Both the position numbers and the translations under genes were made by a program. Below the pieces are notes generated by a model. The model made no database searches. It was not told the origin of the DNA and was given only the letters and a program-made list of their open reading frames with translations. 62,452 nucleotides of DNA from Bacillota bacterium. Lineage in GTDB: Bacteria > Bacteroidota > Ignavibacteria > Ignavibacteriales > SURF-24. The stretch lies in contig JBLNEL010000411.1 of NCBI GenBank assembly GCA_050262615.1, positions 1-62,452 of the forward strand, written 5' to 3'. Positions 49,739 to 58,178 of the stretch are shown piece after piece (within the stretch, counting starts at the first letter, position 1; each line of letters opens with the position of its first letter).

Positions 49739-51153
49739 AAGACCGTTCATATCAAGCCGTAATGAGCCGTAAGAATGAGATAATGAAGAAGGCAATTGGC
49801 ATTGATTACGCGAAGTTTGAGTCAGGCAGCATAGCATTTGATTATGAAACGATGATGTGTGAAGCCGGATATTGCTTAGAAGAGATACAAAAAATTCAGG
49901 AGAGCGTAAGTGTCGGCAATACTCCGCTTATAGAGCTGAAGAACATTACGGCACTTGCAAGGAAATATTCTGCAAAAGGAAAGGGCGGAAGAATATTTAT
50001 AAAAGATGAAGCATGCAATCCATCGGGAAGTTTCAAGGCAAGGCGAGCTGCGACTGCAGTATATCATGCAAAAAAGCTTGGATATAAGGGAGTAATTGCA
50101 GCTACAAGCGGAAACTATGGAGCTGCGGTTGCATCACAGGCGGCAATGCAGGGATTAAAATGTATAATTGTTCAGGAGTGTTACGACAGTAAGATGACCG
50201 GGCAGCCTGAAATTCTTGAAAAGCAAAGGGCCTGTGAGGCTTACGGTGCCGAGGTAGTGCAGCTAACAGTTGGTCCGGAGCTATTTTACACATTCTTATG
50301 TCTTTTAGAAGATACGGGATACTTTAATGCCTCGCTTTACACGCCCTTTGGAATTGCAGGAGTTGAGACACTGGGATACGAACTGGCAATCCAGGTAAGA
50401 TCCAAGTATGGGAAATTCCCAGACAAGGTTGTAATAACACATGCAGGCGGCGGAAACGTTACCGGTACAGCAAGGGGGCTTATAAAAGCAGGAAGCGATA
50501 AAACCGAAGTAATCGGAGCAAGTGTGGATCTGTCCGGTCTTCATATGGCTTCAGACAAGGCATTTAATTTAAAGTCATTTACAACCGGGCATACGGGTTT
50601 CGGAATTCCTTTTGCGACATGGCCTGACAGGGCAGACGTTCCAAGGAATGCAGCCAGGCCATTGCGATACATGGACCGTTATGTGCTTATAAGGCAGGGT
50701 GAAGTTTTCTATATGACAGAAGCTTTAGCGCAGTTAGAGGGATTAGAAAGAGGTCCGGCCGGCAACACTTCACTTACGGCTGCCTTCAGTCTTGCGCAGC
50801 AAATGAATGAGGATGAAATAATTGTTGTGCAGGAAACAGAATATACTGGTGCCGGAAAGCATCCATTGCCGCAGCTAAGCTTTGCAAGGAGAAACGGAAT
50901 TGAAATTTTAACTGGCAATCCTGAGGAGGAAATTCCCGGGAAGAATATTGTACTTCCGGAAGACCCATCGATGATAAAGCTAAGGGATTTTGATCTTCAG
51001 AAAGCCAGAGCTTCATATCTTAAGAACTGCATTGCAAATTATAATATAAAACAGATCACAGAAGAAGATCTGGAGTTCATTGCAAAAGATATTAAGACGG
51101 ATAATCAGACAATCCTAAGTATGCTGAATGAATTGGAGATAAGCATTCAGTAA
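49735..51153 (+). CDS. ortB: 2-amino-4-ketopentanoate thiolase, beta subunit (PLP-dependent, Trp-synthase-beta fold)
   Basis: 472 aa. PLP-Lys context NPSGSFKARRA and Gly-rich loop THAGGGNVTG. The operon position is consistent. Confidence 0.8.
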   Translation: MKDRSYQAVMSRKNEIMKKAIGIDYAKFESGSIAFDYETMMCEAGYCLEEIQKIQESVSVGNTPLIELKNITALARKYSAKGKGGRIFIKDEACNPSGSFKARRAATAVYHAKKLGYKGVIAATSGNYGAAVASQAAMQGLKCIIVQECYDSKMTGQPEILEKQRACEAYGAEVVQLTVGPELFYTFLCLLEDTGYFNASLYTPFGIAGVETLGYELAIQVRSKYGKFPDKVVITHAGGGNVTGTARGLIKAGSDKTEVIGASVDLSGLHMASDKAFNLKSFTTGHTGFGIPFATWPDRADVPRNAARPLRYMDRYVLIRQGEVFYMTEALAQLEGLERGPAGNTSLTAAFSLAQQMNEDEIIVVQETEYTGAGKHPLPQLSFARRNGIEILTGNPEEEIPGKNIVLPEDPSMIKLRDFDLQKARASYLKNCIANYNIKQITEEDLEFIAKDIKTDNQTILSMLNELEISIQ

Positions 51154-51157
51154 ACTC

Positions 51158-51200
51158 AATCCCCTGAGCTTTTAATAAAAGTCAGGGGATTTTCTATTTT
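51158..51200 (+). terminator. Intra-operon terminator-like hairpin between ortB and oraS
   Basis: aatcccctga / tcaggggatt forms a 10-bp stem with a 14-nt loop, followed by ttctatttt. It starts 5 nt after the ortB stop. Confidence 0.5.
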
Positions 51201-51231
51201 AAGACAAAATTATTAAAGAAGGATAAAGCAG

Positions 51232-51606
51232 ATGAAACGTTCAGATGACTTTGAAGTCAGAAGAAAACATTTAGCCACTCTGACAGATGAAGAATTAAAG
51301 GAAAGGTTCTGGAAACTGGCAGAAAAAATTGTTGAGCCTATGTTAGAATTAGGCTACAGGAACACTACTCCAGCAATCGAAAGAAGTATTCTTTTAAGAA
51401 TGGGTTTTTCAAGTCTTGAAGTTAAACCGATTGTTGAAGGTGTAATAAATAAAGGTCTTATTAAGTATGGTGCCGGAAATGTCATCTGGAGGCTTTCGAA
51501 AAAGCTGGGCATAAGTGTAAGACAAGCAGGCCTGGAGTTAGCAGAAGGAAAGCATTGGGAAGACTTAGAAGAGCTTTTTCAGCCCAGTTACACACACAAT
51601 AGTTAA
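51232..51606 (+). CDS. oraS: D-ornithine 4,5-aminomutase, small (S) subunit
   Basis: 124 aa, directly upstream of the large B12 subunit. RSDDFEVRRKHLATLTDEELKERFW is typical of the OraS N-terminus as I recall it. Confidence 0.82.
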   Translation: MKRSDDFEVRRKHLATLTDEELKERFWKLAEKIVEPMLELGYRNTTPAIERSILLRMGFSSLEVKPIVEGVINKGLIKYGAGNVIWRLSKKLGISVRQAGLELAEGKHWEDLEELFQPSYTHNS

Positions 51607-51630
51607 AATATACTTTCGGGAGATAAGACA

Positions 51631-53832
51631 ATGAAATTAGATATAAATAAAAAGATCGATATCAAAGAGCTTCTAGAGGGGCTTGAAAAATATGAACCGC
51701 GCAGGCGCGGGTGGCACTGGAGAGAAGGAAGAAACGAAAAGAGAGTAATAGGAGACTTTGAGTTTCATGAGACTTCAGAGGGGTTAAAAAACTATGTGCC
51801 TCTTCCAGGCTCCAGAGGATTTAATTACATTGATCCGCAGCCTGATTGTGTAATCACAACTGAAATAGCTTCAGGGCGTTTTGAGGACGATATACGCCGA
51901 ATGAGGATGGCTGCATGGCATGGTGCTGATCATATAATGGTAATCAGAACTGCAGGTCAGTCTCACATAGACTCACTGCTTGAAGGCACAACACAAGGCA
52001 TCGGCGGAATAGCTGTTACACGTAAACAGGTAAGGGCCAGCCGTAAGGCGCTTGATATGATTGAAGACGAAGTAGGGCGTCCGATAAACTTTCATTCATA
52101 CATCTCCGGAGTTGCAGGGCCTGATATAGCTGTGATGTTTGCAGAAGAAGGTGTTAACGGTGCACACCAGGATCCACAGTATAATGTACTCTACAGAAAT
52201 GTCAATATGGTAAGAAGCTTTGCCGATGCATGTGAGGCAAAAAAAATCATGGCATGGGCTGACATGCTTCAGATAGATGGGGCACATAATGCAAATGCAA
52301 CTGCAATGAAGGCCTGGAAAGTAAGACCTGAACTTATGGTTCAGCATGCAATCAATTGTATGTTTTCAAAGAAAGTAGGAATTAAGCCTGAGAATATTGC
52401 GCTTTCAACTGTGCCGCCTACAGCGCCGCCTGCTCCATGTATGAGACTTGATCTTGCATATGCGGTTGCGCTGCGTGACTTATTTACAGAATATAAAATG
52501 CGTGCTCAGCAGAATACAAAGTATATGGAATCAGATATGAGGGAAGCAACTGTCTCTCATACACTTAACCTTATGATATCGAGGCTTACCAGTGCTGATA
52601 TTCAGTCGACCATTACGCCTGATGAAGGGCGCAATGTTCCATGGCATTACAACAATATTGCAGCTATCAGCACGGCCAAGCAGGCATTAAACGGAATGGA
52701 TGGTCTGCGTGAGATGGTTAAGCTTGATATGGAAGGTCCTTTAGGCAGTGATGTACGTGAGCTTAAGGAGAGGGCTGTTCTTTTTATGGAAGAGATACTC
52801 GAAACCGGCGGGTACTTCAATGCTGTCGAGAATGGTTTCTTTATTGACAGCGGTTATTATCCTGAAAGAAATGGCGATGGCATTCCCAGGAAGATCGAAG
52901 GCGGTATAGGTTATGGATATGTATTTGAAAGAGATCCTGAATATTTTGCCCCGGTATCAGTACACTACGGATATAACAACATTCCGAAGGAATATCAAAA
53001 AGCAAGCGATGCAATAGGCGGTGATACATTCGAAGACCGTTCAAAGATACAATATATTGATGAGCTTGACGAAACAGATAATGTTAATACAAGGTTGAAG
53101 GACGTTGAGAAGTATGATGATCCAAAATTACTTAAGCCTGAAGTAGAGTGGAAAGCTGACGGGATAGTTTCAACGACAATATTCCTTCCATGCGATGAGC
53201 GCACAGCTGAGTTTGCAGCCATTAAGTGCGGTGAAAAAATGGGACTTGAAGATGTAACGGTTGTACACAAGCAGTCGATTCACCCATCAGAAGGCACATT
53301 AGTAGAGATAAAAGGGAGAGTAAAGTTCGATATAAACGTAAATGAACTTATAATTCCTGAAAAGATATCTGTTTTATCGGATCAGGAGATACGAGAAGCA
53401 ATAAGTGAAAGGCCGATGTTTATAGTTGCAGCTACAGTAGGGCAGGATGAGCATTCGGTAGGATTAAAAGAGACTCTGGATATAAAGCATGGCGGGATAG
53501 AGAAGTTCGGTATAAAATATCTATATCTTGGCACTTCATGTTCGATTGAAAAGCTGGTAGATGCGGCAATTGAAACAAATGCAGATGCAATTTTGGCAAG
53601 TACAATTATCACTCATGATGATGTACACATAAAGAACATGAAGAAATTGAATGAGCTTTGCATTGAAAAAGGCATAAGAGAGAGGATAATGCTGGTATGC
53701 GGCGGAACGCAGGTTACAAATGAAATTGCTGTGGAAGCCGGAATGGATGCAGGTTTTGGACGCGGAAGTCATGGAAATGATGTTGCAAGTTTTCTGGTTA
53801 AGAGAAGGAAGGAAATATTAAATGCACATTGA
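51631..53832 (+). CDS. oraE: D-ornithine 4,5-aminomutase, large (E) subunit (PLP and adenosylcobalamin dependent)
   Basis: 733 aa. A TIM-barrel N-terminal part is followed by a C-terminal Rossmann-like B12-binding domain (VAATVGQDEHSVGLKE with the DxHxxG-type base-off motif, then LVCGGTQV). Confidence 0.88.
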   Translation: MKLDINKKIDIKELLEGLEKYEPRRRGWHWREGRNEKRVIGDFEFHETSEGLKNYVPLPGSRGFNYIDPQPDCVITTEIASGRFEDDIRRMRMAAWHGADHIMVIRTAGQSHIDSLLEGTTQGIGGIAVTRKQVRASRKALDMIEDEVGRPINFHSYISGVAGPDIAVMFAEEGVNGAHQDPQYNVLYRNVNMVRSFADACEAKKIMAWADMLQIDGAHNANATAMKAWKVRPELMVQHAINCMFSKKVGIKPENIALSTVPPTAPPAPCMRLDLAYAVALRDLFTEYKMRAQQNTKYMESDMREATVSHTLNLMISRLTSADIQSTITPDEGRNVPWHYNNIAAISTAKQALNGMDGLREMVKLDMEGPLGSDVRELKERAVLFMEEILETGGYFNAVENGFFIDSGYYPERNGDGIPRKIEGGIGYGYVFERDPEYFAPVSVHYGYNNIPKEYQKASDAIGGDTFEDRSKIQYIDELDETDNVNTRLKDVEKYDDPKLLKPEVEWKADGIVSTTIFLPCDERTAEFAAIKCGEKMGLEDVTVVHKQSIHPSEGTLVEIKGRVKFDINVNELIIPEKISVLSDQEIREAISERPMFIVAATVGQDEHSVGLKETLDIKHGGIEKFGIKYLYLGTSCSIEKLVDAAIETNADAILASTIITHDDVHIKNMKKLNELCIEKGIRERIMLVCGGTQVTNEIAVEAGMDAGFGRGSHGNDVASFLVKRRKEILNAH

Positions 53833-55195
53833 TGTATTGGTAGCCGAGATAGGCAGCACTACAACTATAGTAAATGCATTTGATAAGATAAAGGAGTCCG
53901 CAAACGGCGGATCTGGTATGCCGGTATTTTTAGGACAGGGACAGGCGCCTACAAGTGTCCTTCAGGGAGATGTAAGGGTTGGATTAAAAGGGGCTATCGA
54001 AAGTCTTAAGAAGAATCTTAATACTGATGATATCACCTGGGAAGAGATGCTCGCAACAAGCAGTGCCGCAGGCGGCTTAAGAATGTCTGTACATGGATTA
54101 GTTTACGATATGACTGTCCGTGCAGCCAAGGAAGCGGCCTTAGGTGCAGGAGCAATAGTAAAACTTATTACAGCCGGAAAGATGCGAAGAAGCGATCTGA
54201 AGAAAGTCCAGGAATTAAATCCCAATATAATCCTGGTAGCAGGCGGAGTAGATTTTGGAGAGAGAGAGACTGCGCTTAGTAACTTTGAGCAGATTGCCAC
54301 TTTAAGGCTTAATGTCCCTGTAATTTATGCCGGCAATATTGAAAATCACGAAGAAATAAAAGCAATTGCAGAAGAATCGGCAATAAAGCTCTACATAGTA
54401 GAGAATGTATATCCAAAAGTAGACATGCTGAATGTTGAGCCTGCAAGGAAAGTTATACAGCAGGTATTTGAAGAGCATATAACTCATGCTCCGGGAATGT
54501 CGAAAGTGAGGGAAATGGTAGACGGGCCTATTATTCCTACTCCCGGATCAGTAATGCAGGCAGCAAGATTGTTAAAAGAAACAATTGGAGACCTGGTTGT
54601 TTTTGATGTAGGCGGGGCAACAACAGATGTTCATTCAGTAACAGAAGATTCAGAAGAAATCAGCCGAATACTAGTGAATCCTGAGCCAACAGCCAAAAGG
54701 ACCGTAGAAGGGGATCTAGGGGTATTTGTCAATATGAGACATGTAGTAGAAAAGATTGGCATAGATGAGCTTATAAGAGAATTTCCAGATGTAAATGAAT
54801 TAATTGAAAATATAAAAGCTATTCCTGAGTCCATAAGGGAGAAAGAATTTATTGAAAGGCTTACAAAAGAAGCCGTATTAACATCACTTGAGCGTCATGC
54901 AGGAAGCCTGCGGAATTACTATGGTCTTTCGGGAAAGAAGACAGTTGCAGAAGGAAAAGATCTGACGAATGTAAAGAATATAATAGGTACCGGCGGCGCA
55001 CTTACAAGGCTGCCTAAAAGAGAAGAGATATTAAAGCAGGTAAGGACATATGGAAAAGGAGAGCAGCTATTTCCGAAGCATGAAGCGAGAATACTTATTG
55101 ATAATCATTACATAATGGCCTCACTCGGAGTCTTATCAAAAAGATATCCCGAGGCGGCAGTAATGTTGTTAAAAAGGAGTCTGGAGGTTATTTAG
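53822..55195 (+). CDS. GlmL/MutL-family protein (putative aminomutase reactivase/chaperone)
   Basis: 457 aa. ASKHA-like N-terminus VLVAEIGSTTTIVNAF and a second phosphate motif VFDVGGATTDVHS. It overlaps oraE by 11 nt. This position corresponds to the glutamate-mutase MutL-like gene of ornithine clusters. Confidence 0.7.
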   Translation: MHIDVLVAEIGSTTTIVNAFDKIKESANGGSGMPVFLGQGQAPTSVLQGDVRVGLKGAIESLKKNLNTDDITWEEMLATSSAAGGLRMSVHGLVYDMTVRAAKEAALGAGAIVKLITAGKMRRSDLKKVQELNPNIILVAGGVDFGERETALSNFEQIATLRLNVPVIYAGNIENHEEIKAIAEESAIKLYIVENVYPKVDMLNVEPARKVIQQVFEEHITHAPGMSKVREMVDGPIIPTPGSVMQAARLLKETIGDLVVFDVGGATTDVHSVTEDSEEISRILVNPEPTAKRTVEGDLGVFVNMRHVVEKIGIDELIREFPDVNELIENIKAIPESIREKEFIERLTKEAVLTSLERHAGSLRNYYGLSGKKTVAEGKDLTNVKNIIGTGGALTRLPKREEILKQVRTYGKGEQLFPKHEARILIDNHYIMASLGVLSKRYPEAAVMLLKRSLEVI

Positions 55196-55262
55196 TCCAT
55201 AGTCCAAGGTCCAAAGTCCATAGTCCAAAGTCCATAGTCCATAGTCCAAGGTCGAAAGGTTA
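55193..55262. repeat. Heptanucleotide tandem repeat tract, unit WRGTCCA, 8 good plus 2 degenerate units
   Basis: TAGTCCA TAGTCCA AGGTCCA AAGTCCA TAGTCCA AAGTCCA TAGTCCA TAGTCCA AGGTCGA AAGGTTA. The first TAG is the stop codon of the GlmL-like gene. Confidence 0.9.
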
Positions 55263-55338
55263 AGATCTGGATAGTTAAAGGGTGGGGAGTTGTTTTGGTT
55301 CAATGAAATTAATGGGGTAAAACAGGTAGAAAATAATT

Positions 55339-56400
55339 ATGAGTTATCCTGCACTGATTATAGACAAAGAAAAAGTCAGACATAATACTGCACTGCTTGT
55401 TGATAAGTGTAAAGAACATGGGGTCAGTGTTGCAGCAGTAAGCAAGGTTTTCTGCGGAATTGCAGAAGTTGCCCAGGCCATGGTTGATGGGGGCGCTGCT
55501 ATGATAGCAGATTCAAGGCTTGAGAACCTGAAAAAGCTGCAGTCGATAAAAGTGCCAAAGATGCTTCTTCGGATTCCGATGAAGTCTCAGGCAGGTCAGA
55601 TTATTAAATATGCTGATATAAGTCTTAATTCAGAAATTGAAACGATAAGAGCAATCTCAGAAGAAGCCATAAAGCAGGGGAAAGTTCATAATATTATTTT
55701 AATGACTGATCTGGGAGATCTGCGTGAAGGCGTGTGGAGTGAGAACATCGTGGAATTTGCAGGCGAGGTGCTTTGCTTAAAAGGCATAAGGCTCAAAGGT
55801 TTAGGAACAAATCTTACCTGCTATGGCGGAGTAATTCCAAATCAGGACAATCTGTGCAAGCTTATAGCGCTTGCCAGGCAGATAGAAGAAAGGTATAATA
55901 TAAAGCTTGATATTATTTCAGGCGGAAATTCAAGCAGCCTTCACCTTATTTTTAAAGATCAGATGCCAGAGGGGATAAACCAGCTAAGGCTGGGCGAGTC
56001 GATAGTGCTTGGCCTGGAGACTGCATTTGGTGAGAGGATAGAAGGCACATACCGGGATGCATTTACCTTTGCTGCAGAGATAGTAGAAATAAAAGAAAAG
56101 CCAACTGTGCCTGTTGGAGAAATAGGGATGGATGCATTTGGTCAGAAGCCTGTATTTGAAGATAAAGGAAAGCGCAGGCGAGGGATTTTAGCTGCAGGGC
56201 GACAGGATATAAATATTAATGGCATTATTCCAAGAGACAAATGCATCAGCATTTTCGGCGGGAGCAGTGATCATCTTTTAGTTGACTTTACAGACTGCAG
56301 AAGCTGTTATAAAATAGGTGATATAATTGAATTTGATCTTACCTACGGCGGACTACTGGCAGCTGCTACATCAGAATATGTGGAAAAAATCATAATCTAA
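55339..56400 (+). CDS. orr: Ornithine racemase (alanine-racemase-fold PLP enzyme)
   Basis: 353 aa. PLP-Lys context VAAVSKVFCG in an alanine-racemase-like N-terminal barrel. It is the last gene of the ornithine cluster. Specificity is inferred from context. Confidence 0.65.
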   Translation: MSYPALIIDKEKVRHNTALLVDKCKEHGVSVAAVSKVFCGIAEVAQAMVDGGAAMIADSRLENLKKLQSIKVPKMLLRIPMKSQAGQIIKYADISLNSEIETIRAISEEAIKQGKVHNIILMTDLGDLREGVWSENIVEFAGEVLCLKGIRLKGLGTNLTCYGGVIPNQDNLCKLIALARQIEERYNIKLDIISGGNSSSLHLIFKDQMPEGINQLRLGESIVLGLETAFGERIEGTYRDAFTFAAEIVEIKEKPTVPVGEIGMDAFGQKPVFEDKGKRRRGILAAGRQDININGIIPRDKCISIFGGSSDHLLVDFTDCRSCYKIGDIIEFDLTYGGLLAAATSEYVEKIII

Positions 56401-56549
56401 AAAAGTTAATTAATATAATGTTAAAAAATTTATCAGTAAAACCTTTGAAATAGCACTAAAATTCAAGAGTGCTAAAATTCTGAACAGTTTAAAAAGTCTT
56501 ACAAACCTAAATCCTCTTAAAATCCTTCCGAAAAAGCATATTATTTATC

Positions 56550-56565
56550 TGGCATATTCCTTGCA
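56550..56565 (+). promoter_or_regulatory. Sigma-54 (RpoN) -24/-12 promoter
   Basis: TGGCAT-attcc-TTGCA matches the consensus TGGCAC-N5-TTGCW with exact spacing and one mismatch. It lies 35 nt upstream of ATG 56600, with the RBS AGGGGAG in between. Confidence 0.55.
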
Positions 56566-56599
56566 TTACCAGTTATAATCAGCATTAGGGGAGAATAGT

Positions 56600-57595
56600 A
56601 TGCAAAAGAGAATATTACTTATCGACGATGAATCTTCAATAAGAAGATCTCTTTCTTTAAGTCTCAATCAGGCAGGATATGATGTTGAACCCTGTGAAAG
56701 CGGTCTGACGGCACTCAACAAAATTGATCTTTACCAAAAGAATTCAGTTAATCTTGATACGGTTGTGGTGGATCTGAATCTTCCGGATATTGATGGAATA
56801 AAGCTTGGAAAGATAATAAAATCAAAGTATCCGGATATTCCAATGATGTATATAACAGGCTATGCTGATAAATTGCAGATAACAGAAATTGATGAGCTTA
56901 AGACAGCAGGCCTACTTGAAAAGCCCTTTACATCAGATGATCTGGTAAAACAAATAAACAAACTCCTTCAGCCGCAGCTTAAGCGGGCAGAGAAAAAAGA
57001 AGAAGAAAAAGCAGCTGCAAAGGCAACCTCGGCCTATATACTTATAAAAACCAAAGAGGGTTCAGATTACCTTTCGCTTTACAGAAAACTTTACTTTATG
57101 GATAATGTGCTTTATTGTGATGCCACAAGCGGGGAGATTGATATTTTTCTTTTAATTCAGGCCTCTTCAGAGGAAGAATGCAAAAAAGTTTATGAAAACA
57201 GTGTTAAAAATCTTGAAGGAATAAAAGAATCATTATTTCTTCAGGTTGATGTTCCAGTAATGGATGACAGTATAAGAGACATTGTTCAATCTGCAGGCAT
57301 TTCACTTTTTGATGACACATCCGGAGCAGGGAAACTGAGGGATTCAAAGAAAGCCGTATACTCCTATCTGCTATTAGATATAGACCGGGAGAAGCTGGAT
57401 AAAATCTATCCGGTGCTCAGGCTTACAGATAACGTACTATATTGTGATTATGCAGAAGGTAAGTACAATCTGATATTAATGCTTTATGCGACTCAGTTCA
57501 GCGAGATAAACAGGATAATTGAAAATAAAATACTAACACTAGACGGAGTACTGAAGGTTAGGAAGTATCCGGTTGTCAATATGTTTGAAATATAG
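56600..57595 (+). CDS. Response-regulator receiver fused to two Lrp/AsnC-type ligand-binding (RAM) domains, with no DNA-binding domain
   Basis: The REC domain has all conserved residues (DD in LLIDDES, phospho-Asp in VVVDLNLPD, T in MYITGY, K in LEKPF). A charged linker follows (KRAEKKEEEKAAAKA). Two repeats of about 75 aa come next (AYILIKTKEG..VLYCDATSGEIDIFLLIQ and SYLLLDIDRE..VLYCDYAEGKYNLILMLY) with a beta-alpha-beta-beta-alpha-beta RAM-like pattern. No HTH is visible. Confidence 0.7.
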   Translation: MQKRILLIDDESSIRRSLSLSLNQAGYDVEPCESGLTALNKIDLYQKNSVNLDTVVVDLNLPDIDGIKLGKIIKSKYPDIPMMYITGYADKLQITEIDELKTAGLLEKPFTSDDLVKQINKLLQPQLKRAEKKEEEKAAAKATSAYILIKTKEGSDYLSLYRKLYFMDNVLYCDATSGEIDIFLLIQASSEEECKKVYENSVKNLEGIKESLFLQVDVPVMDDSIRDIVQSAGISLFDDTSGAGKLRDSKKAVYSYLLLDIDREKLDKIYPVLRLTDNVLYCDYAEGKYNLILMLYATQFSEINRIIENKILTLDGVLKVRKYPVVNMFEI

Positions 57596-57621
57596 ACCTG
57601 GTTTTCTAAAAAGGAGAGCAT

Positions 57622-58158
57622 ATGGCAGAAACTGAAATTGATGATAAAGCTGAAATTGTTGGTAAAGCAGAATATGCTGAAACTACAGATGTGTTACAGG
57701 CGGAAATATTAAATTTTAAGATAGACCTGATAAGCCGTCATCATAAAAGTGACTCACTGATTCCTCTTTTGCAGTCGGCGCAGGACTGCTATGGTTACAT
57801 ACCTGAAAAGGTCATCTATTATATAAGTGAGATCGTAGGGATTCCGGCCTCAGAGATATATGGGGTTATTACATTCTATGCACAGTTTCGCCTGAAGCCT
57901 CTAGGAAAAAACATAATAAAAGTCTGTCAGGGCACGGCATGTCATGTCAACGGTGCAAAAACTGTTCTCTCGGCGCTTGAGGATGAACTTGGTATAACGA
58001 TAGGTGAAACGACAGATGAGGGATTATTTTCTTTAGAATCTGTTGCATGCTTAGGCTGTTGTTCTTTAGCTCCGGTAATGATGATTAACGATGAGACATA
58101 TGGAAACCTTACATCAGATAAGATCAAAAGGACAATTAAAAAATTCCGATCAGCATAA
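57622..58158 (+). CDS. NuoE/HydC/HndA-like thioredoxin-fold [2Fe-2S] subunit
   Basis: CQGTACHVNG and ACLGCCSLAPVMMIND cluster motifs. The acidic N-terminal extension is about 40 aa. AAGGAGA RBS. Confidence 0.85.
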   Translation: MAETEIDDKAEIVGKAEYAETTDVLQAEILNFKIDLISRHHKSDSLIPLLQSAQDCYGYIPEKVIYYISEIVGIPASEIYGVITFYAQFRLKPLGKNIIKVCQGTACHVNGAKTVLSALEDELGITIGETTDEGLFSLESVACLGCCSLAPVMMINDETYGNLTSDKIKRTIKKFRSA

Positions 58159-58178
58159 TAAGCTCGCGGGAATCAGAA

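Noticed and set aside
55193-55262. Whether the heptamer tracts and the 14- to 17-nt tandem repeats (4911, 30865, 47901, 59940) could be CRISPR arrays.
   Set aside because: The units are directly tandem with no unique spacers of about 30-40 nt. The units are far shorter than CRISPR repeats. No cas genes are present.
48361-56400. Whether the ornithine operon is a recently acquired genomic island.
   Set aside because: It has no flanking integrase, transposase, tRNA or direct repeats. I can see no compositional break by eye, and RBS style and gene packing resemble the neighbours. Ancient transfer remains possible and needs phylogeny.
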